Origin: Thermoproteota archaeon
Lineage (GTDB): Archaea > Thermoproteota > Thermoprotei > Thermofilales > B9-G17
DNA length: 64,000 bases
Direction of reading: 5' to 3'
NCBI GenBank assembly: GCA_029258885.1
Contig: JAPDJW010000002.1
Span: 448,001-512,000 of the forward strand
In this document: positions 38,107-48,115 of the stretch, one piece after another
Layout of the letters: the number at the start of each line of letters is the position of its first letter
How positions within the stretch are numbered: the stretch's first letter is position 1
The notes under the pieces: generated by a model
Databases searched by the model: none
The model's input: only the letters and a program-made list of their open reading frames with translations
What the model was told of the DNA's origin: nothing
Position numbers and translations under genes: made by a program

Positions 38107-39336
38107 CTAACTAGCTTTTATTAAATCAATTATTTTTTGAACGTCCCATACTTCTATATCCTCGAGTCTTTCGGGCAAAATACTTTCAGAGGGGACTATA
38201 AGTATCCTCCTTACGTTTCTAAAGGAGGAAAGTTTTCTCTCTATACGTCTTAGCACGCTTTTATCAAGGCTTTTCCTCCACTTTACCTCAGCAACTACCC
38301 TAAGCTTATTGAACTCAACCAAGGCTACATCGATTTCATAGGGTTTAACTACTGCTGCCGGGGTTAGGTTAAAAATTTTTGCAAGCAAGTTTCTGAAGAA
38401 AGTCTCTACATGATGCGGTAGCTTCTCTCTAAAATACTTTACATCTAGATCTCTCTCTGAGAAATTATATTTTTCATCTAGATAGTAGTAGAGGTCTATC
38501 ATCGGCGAGGATAAATAATAGTAATATCTTCTACCGCTATACTCGCGTATTCTCTCAAGAAGGCCCAGCTTACATAGTATATCTATAAACGAGGTAACTA
38601 AGCCGTGATCTTCTCTTCTAATTATGCTCCTAGAGTATAAGTAACCTGCTATTTCACCAACTCTAGCTTTACCTGAGGCAATAGCTCGAAGTATGCCTTC
38701 GTACTTAGCGCTAAACCCCCTTTCCTCCTCGGTGAAAATTTCGCCTAGCAAAGCTGGCACAGTCAACCTAAATCCCTTTAAGATATCAAATAACTCTATA
38801 TCCTTAGTAAAGCTCCTTAATAGTATAGGTTCCCTCAAATATACTGAATACTCTACAAGCTTAAATGGGTCAGCTATATACTCCTTAAGATTAACTAGTA
38901 TATCCCTCTCATCTATTAGATCAAGCCTATACTCGTAGAAGAGACCCGTAAGTGGAGAGCCTGGTTTAAGAATCTTTTTCACTAGATGGAGAGTAGATGT
39001 AATTAATATCACGTTTAGAGGAGCCTTTAAATGAAGGTAGTCAAGGAATTCATCAGGCAACCTATGGAATTCATCGATAATAACAAGCTTGCCTTCATCA
39101 AATAACCTATCCAAGAGGATTATAAACGCCTTATACTCTAGGTTTTCTCCCAAGTTCTCGTAAAATATTCCTCCCCCTCTCTTTACAAAAAAGTAGTGTG
39201 AATTCTTAAAGAGATGTTTAATAAGAAATGTCTTTCCAGTCTTCCGCCTACCATAAATCAGTAAATTTCGAGGAAGCTTCTCCAGTCTCTCCTCATCTCT
39301 AAATCTCTTAACGATAATCATATTTATGATAACCAT
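38107..39336 (-). CDS. archaeal AAA ATPase with C-terminal DUF234/PD-(D/E)XK-like domain
   Basis: YGRRKTGKT, IIDEFH, wHTH region, EIDVA...AEVKW. Confidence 0.85.
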   Translation of the reverse strand: MVIINMIIVKRFRDEERLEKLPRNLLIYGRRKTGKTFLIKHLFKNSHYFFVKRGGGIFYENLGENLEYKAFIILLDRLFDEGKLVIIDEFHRLPDEFLDYLHLKAPLNVILITSTLHLVKKILKPGSPLTGLFYEYRLDLIDERDILVNLKEYIADPFKLVEYSVYLREPILLRSFTKDIELFDILKGFRLTVPALLGEIFTEEERGFSAKYEGILRAIASGKARVGEIAGYLYSRSIIRREDHGLVTSFIDILCKLGLLERIREYSGRRYYYYLSSPMIDLYYYLDEKYNFSERDLDVKYFREKLPHHVETFFRNLLAKIFNLTPAAVVKPYEIDVALVEFNKLRVVAEVKWRKSLDKSVLRRIERKLSSFRNVRRILIVPSESILPERLEDIEVWDVQKIIDLIKAS

Positions 39337-39594
39337 AATTATCCTAATAAAAATTATCCTCTAATACCATATTCGCAGACTTATCGTTTTCGCTTTAAAG
39401 GCTTCAACTTCATCATCGCTAGCATACGAATAAATCCCAGACCAGCTATCAGTTAACGTGCACTAACTTCAGTAGAGCGCTAATGAAGGAGCTTAACATT
39501 CCAATAGTTTCCTAAATAACCGGTATAAGCAAACCATTACTAAATTAAAGAGGTATACGATAATTTTATTACCTATATAGTAACGAATAGTGTT

Positions 39595-40263
39595 ATGCTC
39601 TGGTATCTGGATAAGCTCCTAGCAGGCTCACACATACCCTACAGCGAGGAGGATATTAAAGAGTGGGTTAAAAACGGTATAAAAGCCGTCGTAGTTCTAG
39701 TAGAGGATCACGAGGTCGACACCTTCGAGTCCATAGATGAATACTTTAGAATTCTTGAGAAGTACGACCTAGACTATATACATGAGCCTGTAAGGGATTT
39801 CTCTCCACCATCGCTGGAGCAGACTATCTTCATAGTAAAGTGGATTGAGGAGAATATAAGAAATAATAGGCCAGTCCTGGTCCACTGTTATGGAGGCATA
39901 GGGAGAACAGGGACTGTTGTAGCGCAGTTCCTCGTTTACTATGAGAGGCTTGAACCCGAAGAAGCAATAAATAGGGTAAGAGCAGTAAGGCCTGGAAGCG
40001 TGGAGGAGTTTAGCCAAGTAGTTGCAGTATATAACTTTCACCGCTACTGTTTAGCTAAAAACTACAAGCTTGATAACGAAAATTCCAAAGATAATCTTCT
40101 GGTTTGTCCAAAGTGTCTTGGAACTAGAATAGATTTATGGCTAGGCGGCTACGCCGGAAAAATATATAGATGCCTAGACTGTGGATACACAGGCACAATA
40201 ATACTGATCCTAAGCAAAGACGATTATATTAAATTGAAAGAAGAGCTCCGAGAGAGTAAATAA
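39595..40263 (+). CDS. dual-specificity/tyrosine protein phosphatase with C-terminal Zn-ribbon
   Basis: PVRDFSPP acid loop, VHCYGGIGRTG (CX5R), VRAVRPGSVE..Q; then CPKC...CLDCGY. Confidence 0.88.
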   Translation: MLWYLDKLLAGSHIPYSEEDIKEWVKNGIKAVVVLVEDHEVDTFESIDEYFRILEKYDLDYIHEPVRDFSPPSLEQTIFIVKWIEENIRNNRPVLVHCYGGIGRTGTVVAQFLVYYERLEPEEAINRVRAVRPGSVEEFSQVVAVYNFHRYCLAKNYKLDNENSKDNLLVCPKCLGTRIDLWLGGYAGKIYRCLDCGYTGTIILILSKDDYIKLKEELRESK

Positions 40264-40268
40264 CTTGG

Positions 40269-41735
40269 TTAACCCTTAGTTACCGCTATTGGTACCAGCC
40301 TTACGACCTTTTTAGCTATACCGACCCTGTGGCTTACTTCAGCAACCCTATCGACGTCCTTATACGCTCCAGGAGACTCCTCGGCTATAACAATCATGCT
40401 AGCCGCTCTAATTAATATTCCACGTTTCTCAAGATCTCTCTTAATTCGAGATGCGGAGTATGTTCTCTTAGCCTTAGCTCTGCTGAGAAGCCTGCCAGCC
40501 CCGTGGGCGGTTGAGCCGAATGATATTTCCATAGCCTTCGGTGTCCCTATTAGTACGTATGATGCAGTGCCCATGGAACCCGGTATCAAGACTGGCTGGC
40601 CTATGGCTCTATATTTCTTAGGTATGGCTGAATGACCTGGTGGAAATGCTCTCGTAGCCCCCTTCCTATGCACATATACTTTCTTATATGAACCATTAAC
40701 CTTATGGGTTTCAAGTTTGGCGATATTGTGTGCAACATCGTAGACAAGCATCATTCCTAATTCATCGGCAGATCTACCGAATACTCTCTCGAATGCCTGC
40801 CTAGTCCAGTGCATAATAACCTGCCTATTAGCCCAGGCAAAGTTTGCTGCTGCAGACATAGCCGCAAAGTATTCCTCAGCCTCTCTCGAAGTCGTGGGCG
40901 TACTTACAAGCTCTCTATCAGGCAGAGGGACCCTATACTTCCTTACCGCATGCTCCATAACCCTTAGGTAATCGCTACATACCTGATGGCCTAGACCCCT
41001 GCTACCCGTATGTATCATAACAGTTATCTGCCCTTCCTCGTATATTCCAAGCTCCTTAGCAATAGAGGGATTATATATTTTATCTACAACCTGAACCTCG
41101 AGGAAGTGATTTCCACTTCCAAGAGTCCCGAGCTGAGCTCTACCTCTATTCTTAGCCCTCTGCGACACGAGGTCAGGGTCAGCCGTCTCCATATGCCCTC
41201 CCTCCTCACAGTACTCAGCGTCCTCACTCCATCCATAGCCGTTGTCAATAGCCCAGTCAACGCCCTCGCTCAAAACCTTATTTAACTCGGTATCACTTAG
41301 CCTCAACCTACCGGTAGAACCAAGACCTGATGGAACATAATTATACAAAGTATCGATAAGTCTCCTTAAAACAGGCTTTACATCCTCGTACCTAAGATCT
41401 GTTCTTACAAGCCTAACTCCACAGTTGATATCATAGCCTACTCCTCCAGGGCTTATCACTCCCTCTTCAGCGTCAAATGCCGCTACACCGCCTATAGGGA
41501 ATCCGTAGCCCTGGTGGCCATCGGGTAGGACTATAGCGTATTTGTAGATGCCTGGTAATTGGGCTACATTTGTTATCTGCCAGAGTGTCAGGTCTCCCCT
41601 CATCTTCTCCAATAATACTTCATCAGCATATATCCTAGCCGGAACCCTCATTTTAGGGTTATATGTTTTAGGTATCTCCCATACAAATGCATCTATCTTC
41701 TTCAACGGTATTCTAGCAGATGACATATATTTCAC
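40269..41735 (-). CDS. rtcB: tRNA-splicing ligase RtcB
   Basis: PDGHQGYGFPIGG, GVGYDINCG, GTLGSGNHF, HTGSRG, HRKGAT, STAHGAGR, EESPGAYKD. Confidence 0.97.
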   Translation of the reverse strand: MKYMSSARIPLKKIDAFVWEIPKTYNPKMRVPARIYADEVLLEKMRGDLTLWQITNVAQLPGIYKYAIVLPDGHQGYGFPIGGVAAFDAEEGVISPGGVGYDINCGVRLVRTDLRYEDVKPVLRRLIDTLYNYVPSGLGSTGRLRLSDTELNKVLSEGVDWAIDNGYGWSEDAEYCEEGGHMETADPDLVSQRAKNRGRAQLGTLGSGNHFLEVQVVDKIYNPSIAKELGIYEEGQITVMIHTGSRGLGHQVCSDYLRVMEHAVRKYRVPLPDRELVSTPTTSREAEEYFAAMSAAANFAWANRQVIMHWTRQAFERVFGRSADELGMMLVYDVAHNIAKLETHKVNGSYKKVYVHRKGATRAFPPGHSAIPKKYRAIGQPVLIPGSMGTASYVLIGTPKAMEISFGSTAHGAGRLLSRAKAKRTYSASRIKRDLEKRGILIRAASMIVIAEESPGAYKDVDRVAEVSHRVGIAKKVVRLVPIAVTKG

Positions 41736-41792
41736 CCTGATATCAAATAGCTAGGGGAGATTATATTAATTTTTATACATAAAGTATAAAAT

Positions 41793-42257
41793 ATGAGAGT
41801 TCTAGTTAGAAGGAGGCTCACGATAGATGAAATAATGCAGAAAATCAGAGCCTATAGAGAGAAATACGGTAGCATTGACGCTGTGAGAAGCAGAGCCTAT
41901 AGCGAGGGCATTAAGTCTAAGATATGGGACATATATGCTGAATGGTATGCCCTCCAGAGTGCATACCAGAGCTACGAGGAGGATGGAGAATTCTTCTACG
42001 TGGTCGAGGAGGAGATATCTCCCGATATCGCCAGAAGAATATTATCCCCTAAGATGGTGGAATTAGTAAGGCAAATAGCTATTGGAGTTGATTCGATAAG
42101 CGACTTAGCACGAAAACTCGGTAGATCCGTATCTAACGTCTATAAGGATCTGAAGTTTCTAGCTGATATAGGAATAGTGGAGCTTTATCCTATTGGTAGG
42201 AGGAAAAAGCCCTATCTCCTAGTAGAAGAAATAGTTGTTGAATTTCTCTCCCCTTAG
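41793..42257 (+). CDS. HTH transcriptional regulator (HVO_A0114/ArsR-like)
   Basis: C-terminal SISDLARKLGRSVSNVYKDLKFL.DIGIV...GRRKKP. Confidence 0.7.
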   Translation: MRVLVRRRLTIDEIMQKIRAYREKYGSIDAVRSRAYSEGIKSKIWDIYAEWYALQSAYQSYEEDGEFFYVVEEEISPDIARRILSPKMVELVRQIAIGVDSISDLARKLGRSVSNVYKDLKFLADIGIVELYPIGRRKKPYLLVEEIVVEFLSP

Positions 42258-42803
42258 TTATGGCCTATATACTCCGTGACATGTAGTGTACATGTCTCCG
42301 CCTAAATGTAGCGGTAGCTTGCATTTATCTAACATATAGATTTTATCGAATATATTGCCTCTGGTATAGGCAGCAACTATTTTGCCTATGAATAATGTGT
42401 GGTCGCCAGCTTTAACGCTGTTTACAACTTTACATTCAATAAATGCTATACAGCTACTAATAATGGGTGCATTAATAACTTTAGCTTCCACAGTAGGTAA
42501 ATTGAATTTCTTGAACTTATTTACCTGTGCTCCCGAGCAGGTTCCGCATAAGTCAACTATTTTCAGCATCTCTAAGCTCGGTATATTTATGGCGAACTCT
42601 CCGCTTTCAACGATTAGTCTGTGGGTAAATCTCTTCGGGGCAATGCTGACGCAAACCAACGGTGGTCTGTGAGATACGGGCATACACCATGCAGCTGTCA
42701 TAACGTTTGCTTTGCCATCTCGCCCCCTTACAGTTATTAGGACTGCGAGCTGTGGATGGAGTAGCCTATGAGCACTGCTTAACGGTATGCTTACAAACTC
42801 CAT
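42258..42803 (-). CDS. flavin reductase family protein (DIM6/NTAB)
   Basis: NVMTAAW, PPLV.VSI, GEFAINIP, SGAQVNKF, IECKV, GDHTLFIG. Confidence 0.9.
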   Translation of the reverse strand: MEFVSIPLSSAHRLLHPQLAVLITVRGRDGKANVMTAAWCMPVSHRPPLVCVSIAPKRFTHRLIVESGEFAINIPSLEMLKIVDLCGTCSGAQVNKFKKFNLPTVEAKVINAPIISSCIAFIECKVVNSVKAGDHTLFIGKIVAAYTRGNIFDKIYMLDKCKLPLHLGGDMYTTCHGVYRP

Positions 42804-42947
42804 ATTCCCACAGGTTAGTAATAGTTCGACATTCTATTATCTCTAGCGTTTGGAACTCTATCACATCGGCGTATGATATACGCTCTCACGTATCTTGGAG
42901 GAAAGCTGAGATATAGACATATAAGGGTATAGTGTTAATATAACATC

Positions 42948-43322
42948 ATGGCCTATGATCATTCAGTGCTCCTGTCATCTTTTCTCGAGGAGTTAGATAA
43001 GATATTAGCTAAGTTTGAAAATTTTATTGTTGAACCTAATATTGATGTCTTATCGTCTATTGCAAATGACCTTATAAGGCTTGGGAATGATTACTATATA
43101 GCTCTTAGATTAATGGAGCATGGCGTACTTTCGGTTTCTATGCTTGAGGCTGGACTATATATGAAAAATAGAGTCTCCACAATTATCAGTAGGGGCTTTA
43201 GGGACGATGATATAGAGTATGTTAAGGAGATATATAGAGTATTTAGTAATATAGCTGAGAAGATAAGGAGCGGAGAATATGTCAAGGAGTTAAATAAAAT
43301 GAAGCTAAAGAGAAGATCTTAG
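42948..43322 (+). CDS. hypothetical protein
   Basis: Intact 124-aa helical ORF with a plausible promoter; no motif. Confidence 0.6.
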   Translation: MAYDHSVLLSSFLEELDKILAKFENFIVEPNIDVLSSIANDLIRLGNDYYIALRLMEHGVLSVSMLEAGLYMKNRVSTIISRGFRDDDIEYVKEIYRVFSNIAEKIRSGEYVKELNKMKLKRRS

Positions 43323-45038
43323 CTTTTTTCTCACCATGATTATAGCTATTACTGTTACTGCAATGACTGCTGCTAGGTATGGGAGAACCTCAGATACGTA
43401 TTCCCGCTCTTTAGCTCTTATCGTTATTATGTTCGAGGTGCTTGGAAGGTAGTCTTCAGAGCCCCAGTACTTAGCGTATATCTTCCATTCACCCTTTTCA
43501 TCGAGTTTAATCTTAAATGTGAATCGTCCATTATTATCCGTCTGTACTACGTATTCATAGGATTTACCGCTTGGGGATGTAACGTTTAGCCTCAAAGCTT
43601 CGTTTATAAGCTTAGGTTTTGTTTCCCCTTTAATTTCAATTTCACTGTTTAGGTAGGCTTCCTCAGCGGAGGTAATAGTTATGTTCACGTGAACCCTACG
43701 CTTCACAACTTCAAGCTTAACTGGACTAGATACGCACCCCTCGTACTCCTCATTCCCGTACCATACAACTCTAAAATATATGGTAACTGGATATAGGTAG
43801 GTTATGGCTTGCTTAAAGTGTCCATTTTTACCAGTAACAATAGTACCGAACGAGCGCCAATTAGTTCCATCGAAGCTTGTCTCTATTATTAGAGTCTGAT
43901 TCCTAAGCGGAGGGTTAAGATATCCCTCTATATGTGTTATTTCATTGACTTCAATCCTTGACTTCTCGATGCTAATGCTTATGCTACTCTTCTTCCTATA
44001 TAAAGTATTAACTTGAACGACCTTGTTACCGTGGGAGAACACGAGTATTGAGCCATCGTATCTTAGATCTAGGCTAGTGACTTCTTCTGTGAGGTTGAAC
44101 TCCATAACAGGATCGGCGGAGAAATTCCTGAATATATATACCTTAGTGGGCAGGGATACTGCAATAACCTTAAAGTTATATGAGAAATCGCAACTTGATA
44201 TGTTTCCATCGAAACTCATACTCCATACTATGGTTTTATCTACAACCTTATATACATCTATCCTGTCATCATATACGACGGCTACGTACTTTCCATCATC
44301 AGATAGTAGAGTCTTCCTAGGGGATGTAGATAGGTTAATTCTAGCAATTATATCCATATTTGAATAGTTGAGCACAACTATGTTCTCATTGCCAGTTAAT
44401 AACATTATTCTGCCGCCTGAACTCGACACGCATGCATATCTAACTCCCTCGGGAACCTCCATCGTCCAGAGGGCTTTCTTCCTATATCTATTAATAAACA
44501 CTACATTGTTTACAGTACATACTGCAATGTACTCATAATATCTTCTCGTGGCAGCTATATGAACAATATCTTCGCGAGTTTTCAGGAATGTAACTACTGT
44601 TCTACATCCGGGGCAGAGCTGGTATACAGTCCTATTAGTGGCTATAAATAATTCATTTCCAGCCGTAAGAAACGCTGTCGCCACAATTTTCTCCTTAAGT
44701 GTCCTAGAGAATACCGGCATAAACAAGTAGAAGCTAAATAAGTATACCGTGTTATTAGGCGTTATAGCTACTGTGTCGTATACGAGAGGTACGATATCGC
44801 TTACCGTATCATTTAGCTTATATGTTGCCATAACTTCTCCATCGCTACAGTTAATGAGAGACATTACTCCGTTACCATAAGCAACTATATAGGGGTATAT
44901 GTCGGCTATTCTAACTATCTCAACAGGATAGTCGAGTTCGTAAACCTTGTAATACTTAGGCTGACAGTTACACGTAAAAATATGGGGAGTTGAGAATACA
45001 ATAATGAGAGTTATTAGGTAGCTTATTCTTCTTGCCAT
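43305..45038 (-). CDS. cell-surface protein: beta-propeller plus Ig-like domains plus C-terminal TM anchor
   Basis: Signal peptide, repeated WD40-like units (S.DG.YVAV), two Ig-like repeats (T..NG.F...G.W...A...G.E.Y..S.S), TM plus RKK tail. Confidence 0.75.
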   Translation of the reverse strand: MARRISYLITLIIVFSTPHIFTCNCQPKYYKVYELDYPVEIVRIADIYPYIVAYGNGVMSLINCSDGEVMATYKLNDTVSDIVPLVYDTVAITPNNTVYLFSFYLFMPVFSRTLKEKIVATAFLTAGNELFIATNRTVYQLCPGCRTVVTFLKTREDIVHIAATRRYYEYIAVCTVNNVVFINRYRKKALWTMEVPEGVRYACVSSSGGRIMLLTGNENIVVLNYSNMDIIARINLSTSPRKTLLSDDGKYVAVVYDDRIDVYKVVDKTIVWSMSFDGNISSCDFSYNFKVIAVSLPTKVYIFRNFSADPVMEFNLTEEVTSLDLRYDGSILVFSHGNKVVQVNTLYRKKSSISISIEKSRIEVNEITHIEGYLNPPLRNQTLIIETSFDGTNWRSFGTIVTGKNGHFKQAITYLYPVTIYFRVVWYGNEEYEGCVSSPVKLEVVKRRVHVNITITSAEEAYLNSEIEIKGETKPKLINEALRLNVTSPSGKSYEYVVQTDNNGRFTFKIKLDEKGEWKIYAKYWGSEDYLPSTSNIITIRAKEREYVSEVLPYLAAVIAVTVIAIIMVRKKLRSSL

Positions 45039-45102
45039 ATAACGTCACCTAGCAGTGGAGACTTCAGTAATTAAAAACATCCTAATATATAAAAAATAAG
45101 GC

Positions 45103-46971
45103 TTACTTTAATTCAACTATCTTAGACAACTCTTCGGCAACATCCTCTAAACCAGTCTCTCTAAACGCTTCTCTAGTAGGTATGCCGTTCTCATCCCACT
45201 TCCTAAGCTCATAGTAATACGAGAGAAGCTTATCGTATATCTCTCTCTTTATAGTCCATCCAGCAAACGGACCCTTTGTAAGCGGCTTTTCAAACCACTT
45301 AGCTGGTGGATAATCATATTCCCTCTTCCATCCACCGTACTCCCTAATCCAGAACGCTCTCATTAAATTATAGACTCTATCGGCTATAAGGTATAGTTGT
45401 TCAAGTGTAAAGTCGACTCCAGTAGCGGCCTTAAGCATCCTAGGATAAACCTCCATCTCTAATCCAAGCTCGATCCATGGAAGCCTACATACGGTTAATG
45501 TCTCGAATATTCCGCCTCTAATCCTCTGCATCAGTATCAGTTTCTCAACTTTCTCCCTGCTGACCACCTCCCTACCCATCTTAATCTCCCATGAGATAAA
45601 CCACGCATCCTTATGGTGGGCACCTATCGGCGAGACACCGTAAGCTAAGGCCATGCCGGGAGCGGCGTGACAGTCGTACGCTGAGATTTCAAGTCCCTTA
45701 ACGTGCATAGCGAACTTGTATGCCTCTCCACCAAGCTTCTCAGCTGCAGTCTTTACTCCCTCTGCAAGCAGGTCGCCGATGGACCTCCTCTCAACAATCA
45801 TCTCAGCCAGCTTAAGTATCGATTCGACATTGCCGAAGTCGAGCTTTAACCCCTCAGTATCCTTCTCCGTTATCAACCCCTTCTTAAATGCCTCAATCGC
45901 AAACGCTATAGCGCTGCCCATAGATATCGTATCTATACCCCATTGATCAGCCAGGTAGTTGAGCCTAATAACTACATCCATATCACCTATACCTATGTTA
46001 GAACCAAACATAGCAACATTCTCGTAGTCAAGCTCGCTCCATAGGTTCTTGAACTTCTCCCTAGCCCTACTTAAGTTGCCGCAGGGCATTGGACACGATA
46101 GACACCCCTTCCTCAAAACCTTATACATTTTAGCCATAGCTTCCCCGCTGATGTTCCAATATTCACCGAACACTCCCTCATCGAAGTTGAATGTCGGTAA
46201 AACCGAGTTCTCCTGAGACCATTGTATAGTAAACATAGTGCCCTGACTAACCCAGAGTTCATAGCCTTTCCTACTCTTCAAGAACTCTATGCTCTCCTTC
46301 ATCAGCTTGACGAGCTCATCCATATCAGCTACCGGAATATCCATCCATCCCTCGGCGACAATCGCCTTAAGGTTTTTCGATCCAAAGACAGCGCCTATAC
46401 CCGGTCTTCCTCCAGCCCTCCCGAACTCTGTTATAACGACGGCATATTTAACCAGCCTCTCGCCACCAGGGCCTATGATAAGTGTTCCTATGTTTTCGCC
46501 GTGTTCACGTCTAAGCTCAATATCCGTGGTTATAGCTCCCTTACCCCAGAGATGCTCTGCATCCCTTATTTCAGCGCCGTTTGGAGTTATGTAAATGTAT
46601 TTCGGCTTATCCGCCTTACCCTCAATAACTATTGCGTCAAAACCAGACATTTTAAGCATGGCCGATAGATGGGTACCTATGTTTCCATCGCCGTAGCCGT
46701 CGGTGAGCGGGGATTTCGAAGCTAAAACTACTTTCCCACTGCTAGGCACAAGAAGGCCAGTTAAGGGTCCCGTGGCAACAATCAGTTTGTTTTCAGGCGA
46801 TAACGGATCCACTCCCCTTGGAAGCTCATCCCATAGGATTCTGACGGCAAATCCTCTGCCCCCGATGTACTTCAACATAAAGTCCTTATCGAGTTTTTGG
46901 ACAGCTATGCTTCCGTCGGATAAGTTAATCCTCAGAATCTTCCCCAGCCAGCCACCCTTAATCTCGACCAT
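45103..46971 (-). CDS. aor: tungsten-containing aldehyde:ferredoxin oxidoreductase
   Basis: YIGGRG, KSPLT, GR.G.GAVFGSKNLKAI, CPMPCG, DYE, GIDTIS, HVKGLE, GAHH. ATG at 46971 follows a GGTGA SD. Confidence 0.92.
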   Translation of the reverse strand: MVEIKGGWLGKILRINLSDGSIAVQKLDKDFMLKYIGGRGFAVRILWDELPRGVDPLSPENKLIVATGPLTGLLVPSSGKVVLASKSPLTDGYGDGNIGTHLSAMLKMSGFDAIVIEGKADKPKYIYITPNGAEIRDAEHLWGKGAITTDIELRREHGENIGTLIIGPGGERLVKYAVVITEFGRAGGRPGIGAVFGSKNLKAIVAEGWMDIPVADMDELVKLMKESIEFLKSRKGYELWVSQGTMFTIQWSQENSVLPTFNFDEGVFGEYWNISGEAMAKMYKVLRKGCLSCPMPCGNLSRAREKFKNLWSELDYENVAMFGSNIGIGDMDVVIRLNYLADQWGIDTISMGSAIAFAIEAFKKGLITEKDTEGLKLDFGNVESILKLAEMIVERRSIGDLLAEGVKTAAEKLGGEAYKFAMHVKGLEISAYDCHAAPGMALAYGVSPIGAHHKDAWFISWEIKMGREVVSREKVEKLILMQRIRGGIFETLTVCRLPWIELGLEMEVYPRMLKAATGVDFTLEQLYLIADRVYNLMRAFWIREYGGWKREYDYPPAKWFEKPLTKGPFAGWTIKREIYDKLLSYYYELRKWDENGIPTREAFRETGLEDVAEELSKIVELK

Positions 46972-46982
46972 GCTCTCACCAC

Positions 46983-47390
46983 CTACTCCTGAAGTGATAG
47001 AGCATTCATAGGACACCACTTAACACACTCCGGATCTCCTCCGCAGAGGTCACAGATCAATGGAAAATCGAGCTCAGGATGCCTAAATATAGCGTTATAG
47101 GGGCATGCATTAACGCAGGACCAGCAGGCGATGCATCTATCTCTATCAAGCTTCACAATGCCGTCCTCCACGTGTAGTGCTCCTGTGGGACAAACCTTAA
47201 CGCATTGAGGATACTCACAGTGCCTGCAGACGTAAGCCTTATGGAACACTGGCCCCTCCTCTTTGAATACGGTGTTAATTACGATTTTAGACTTAGATAG
47301 ATTCTGTACTCCGAAAGCCTTATAGGCGCAGACCTGCTGGCATATCTTACATCCAGAACAGCTAGCTGGATTAAATACTATCCTAGGCAT
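46983..47390 (-). CDS. 4Fe-4S ferredoxin subunit associated with AOR
   Basis: CSGCKICQQVC, CRHC..P.CVKVCP, CIACWSCVNACP, CDLC...P.CVKWCP. ATG at 47390 follows an AGGGGG SD. Confidence 0.92.
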   Translation of the reverse strand: MPRIVFNPASCSGCKICQQVCAYKAFGVQNLSKSKIVINTVFKEEGPVFHKAYVCRHCEYPQCVKVCPTGALHVEDGIVKLDRDRCIACWSCVNACPYNAIFRHPELDFPLICDLCGGDPECVKWCPMNALSLQE

Positions 47391-47770
47391 ATAACCCCCT
47401 AGAACACTATTCACATCTAATTTTCTTGATAATAAGTATTTAAGGATTTAGAATTGAAAGACGAAGGTTACTCCCCCCATTCTCTCTTAAGCTCCTCTAT
47501 TAAGTGTTTACTACGTTATCCGAAGCTAATCAAGCTCTTTTTCGGATGCCTAATACTCCTATCTAGCTGCTTAATATCATCCATAAGCATCCCCTATTAG
47601 GAGCTAATAGATTAACTTGAAAGTAATAAGTAAATTACTCATAAGTGAATTAAAGTGAAGACTATGACGTTTTCATTAAAGTATAGTTTTTAAGACGTAA
47701 ATCCGAGGCTATTATCTTAACAATACTTCTCCCTACCTAATAGAAACACTTATAACTTGATAAACCTACT

Positions 47771-48082
47771 GTGGAAGCGGTGTACGTATTGAAAATTAAA
47801 GACCTTAGGCCAGGCATGAGAAGAGTTAACGTTACTGGTAAGATTGTTGAAATCGGCGAAGCTGTCGAAGTTATGACTAGAAATGGCCCAGCTATAGTTG
47901 CTAGCGCTATTCTAGAGGATGATACCAGCAGGATAAAGCTTTCTCTTTGGAACGAGCAAATAAGTCAGGTTAAAGTTGGAGACACCGTTAAGATAGAAAA
48001 CGGATACGTATCTACTTTTAGAGGACAAAAACAGCTTAACGTAGGTTTCTACGGTAAAATCACAGTTATAAAAGAGGAATAA
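47771..48082 (+). CDS. ssb: single-stranded DNA-binding protein (single OB fold, crenarchaeal type)
   Basis: KIKDLRPGM..VNV.GKI, LEDDTSRIKLSLWNEQ, GDTVKIENGY..TFRG..QLNVG.YG.I. True start may be the TTG at 47789. Confidence 0.88.
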   Translation: MEAVYVLKIKDLRPGMRRVNVTGKIVEIGEAVEVMTRNGPAIVASAILEDDTSRIKLSLWNEQISQVKVGDTVKIENGYVSTFRGQKQLNVGFYGKITVIKEE

Positions 48083-48115
48083 TCTTAAACTCTTCAGGGG
48101 TAAAGGCATTTAAAG

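Noticed and set aside
38107-39336. AAA ATPase-nuclease as a novel defence system
   Set aside because: It is a common stand-alone archaeal ATPase/DUF234 family member with no partner genes here.
47448-47590. Possible antitoxin remnant (MLMDDIKQLDRSIRHPKKSLISFG*...LIEELKREW)
   Set aside because: The resemblance is only impressionistic and it contains an internal stop; it cannot be supported without a search.
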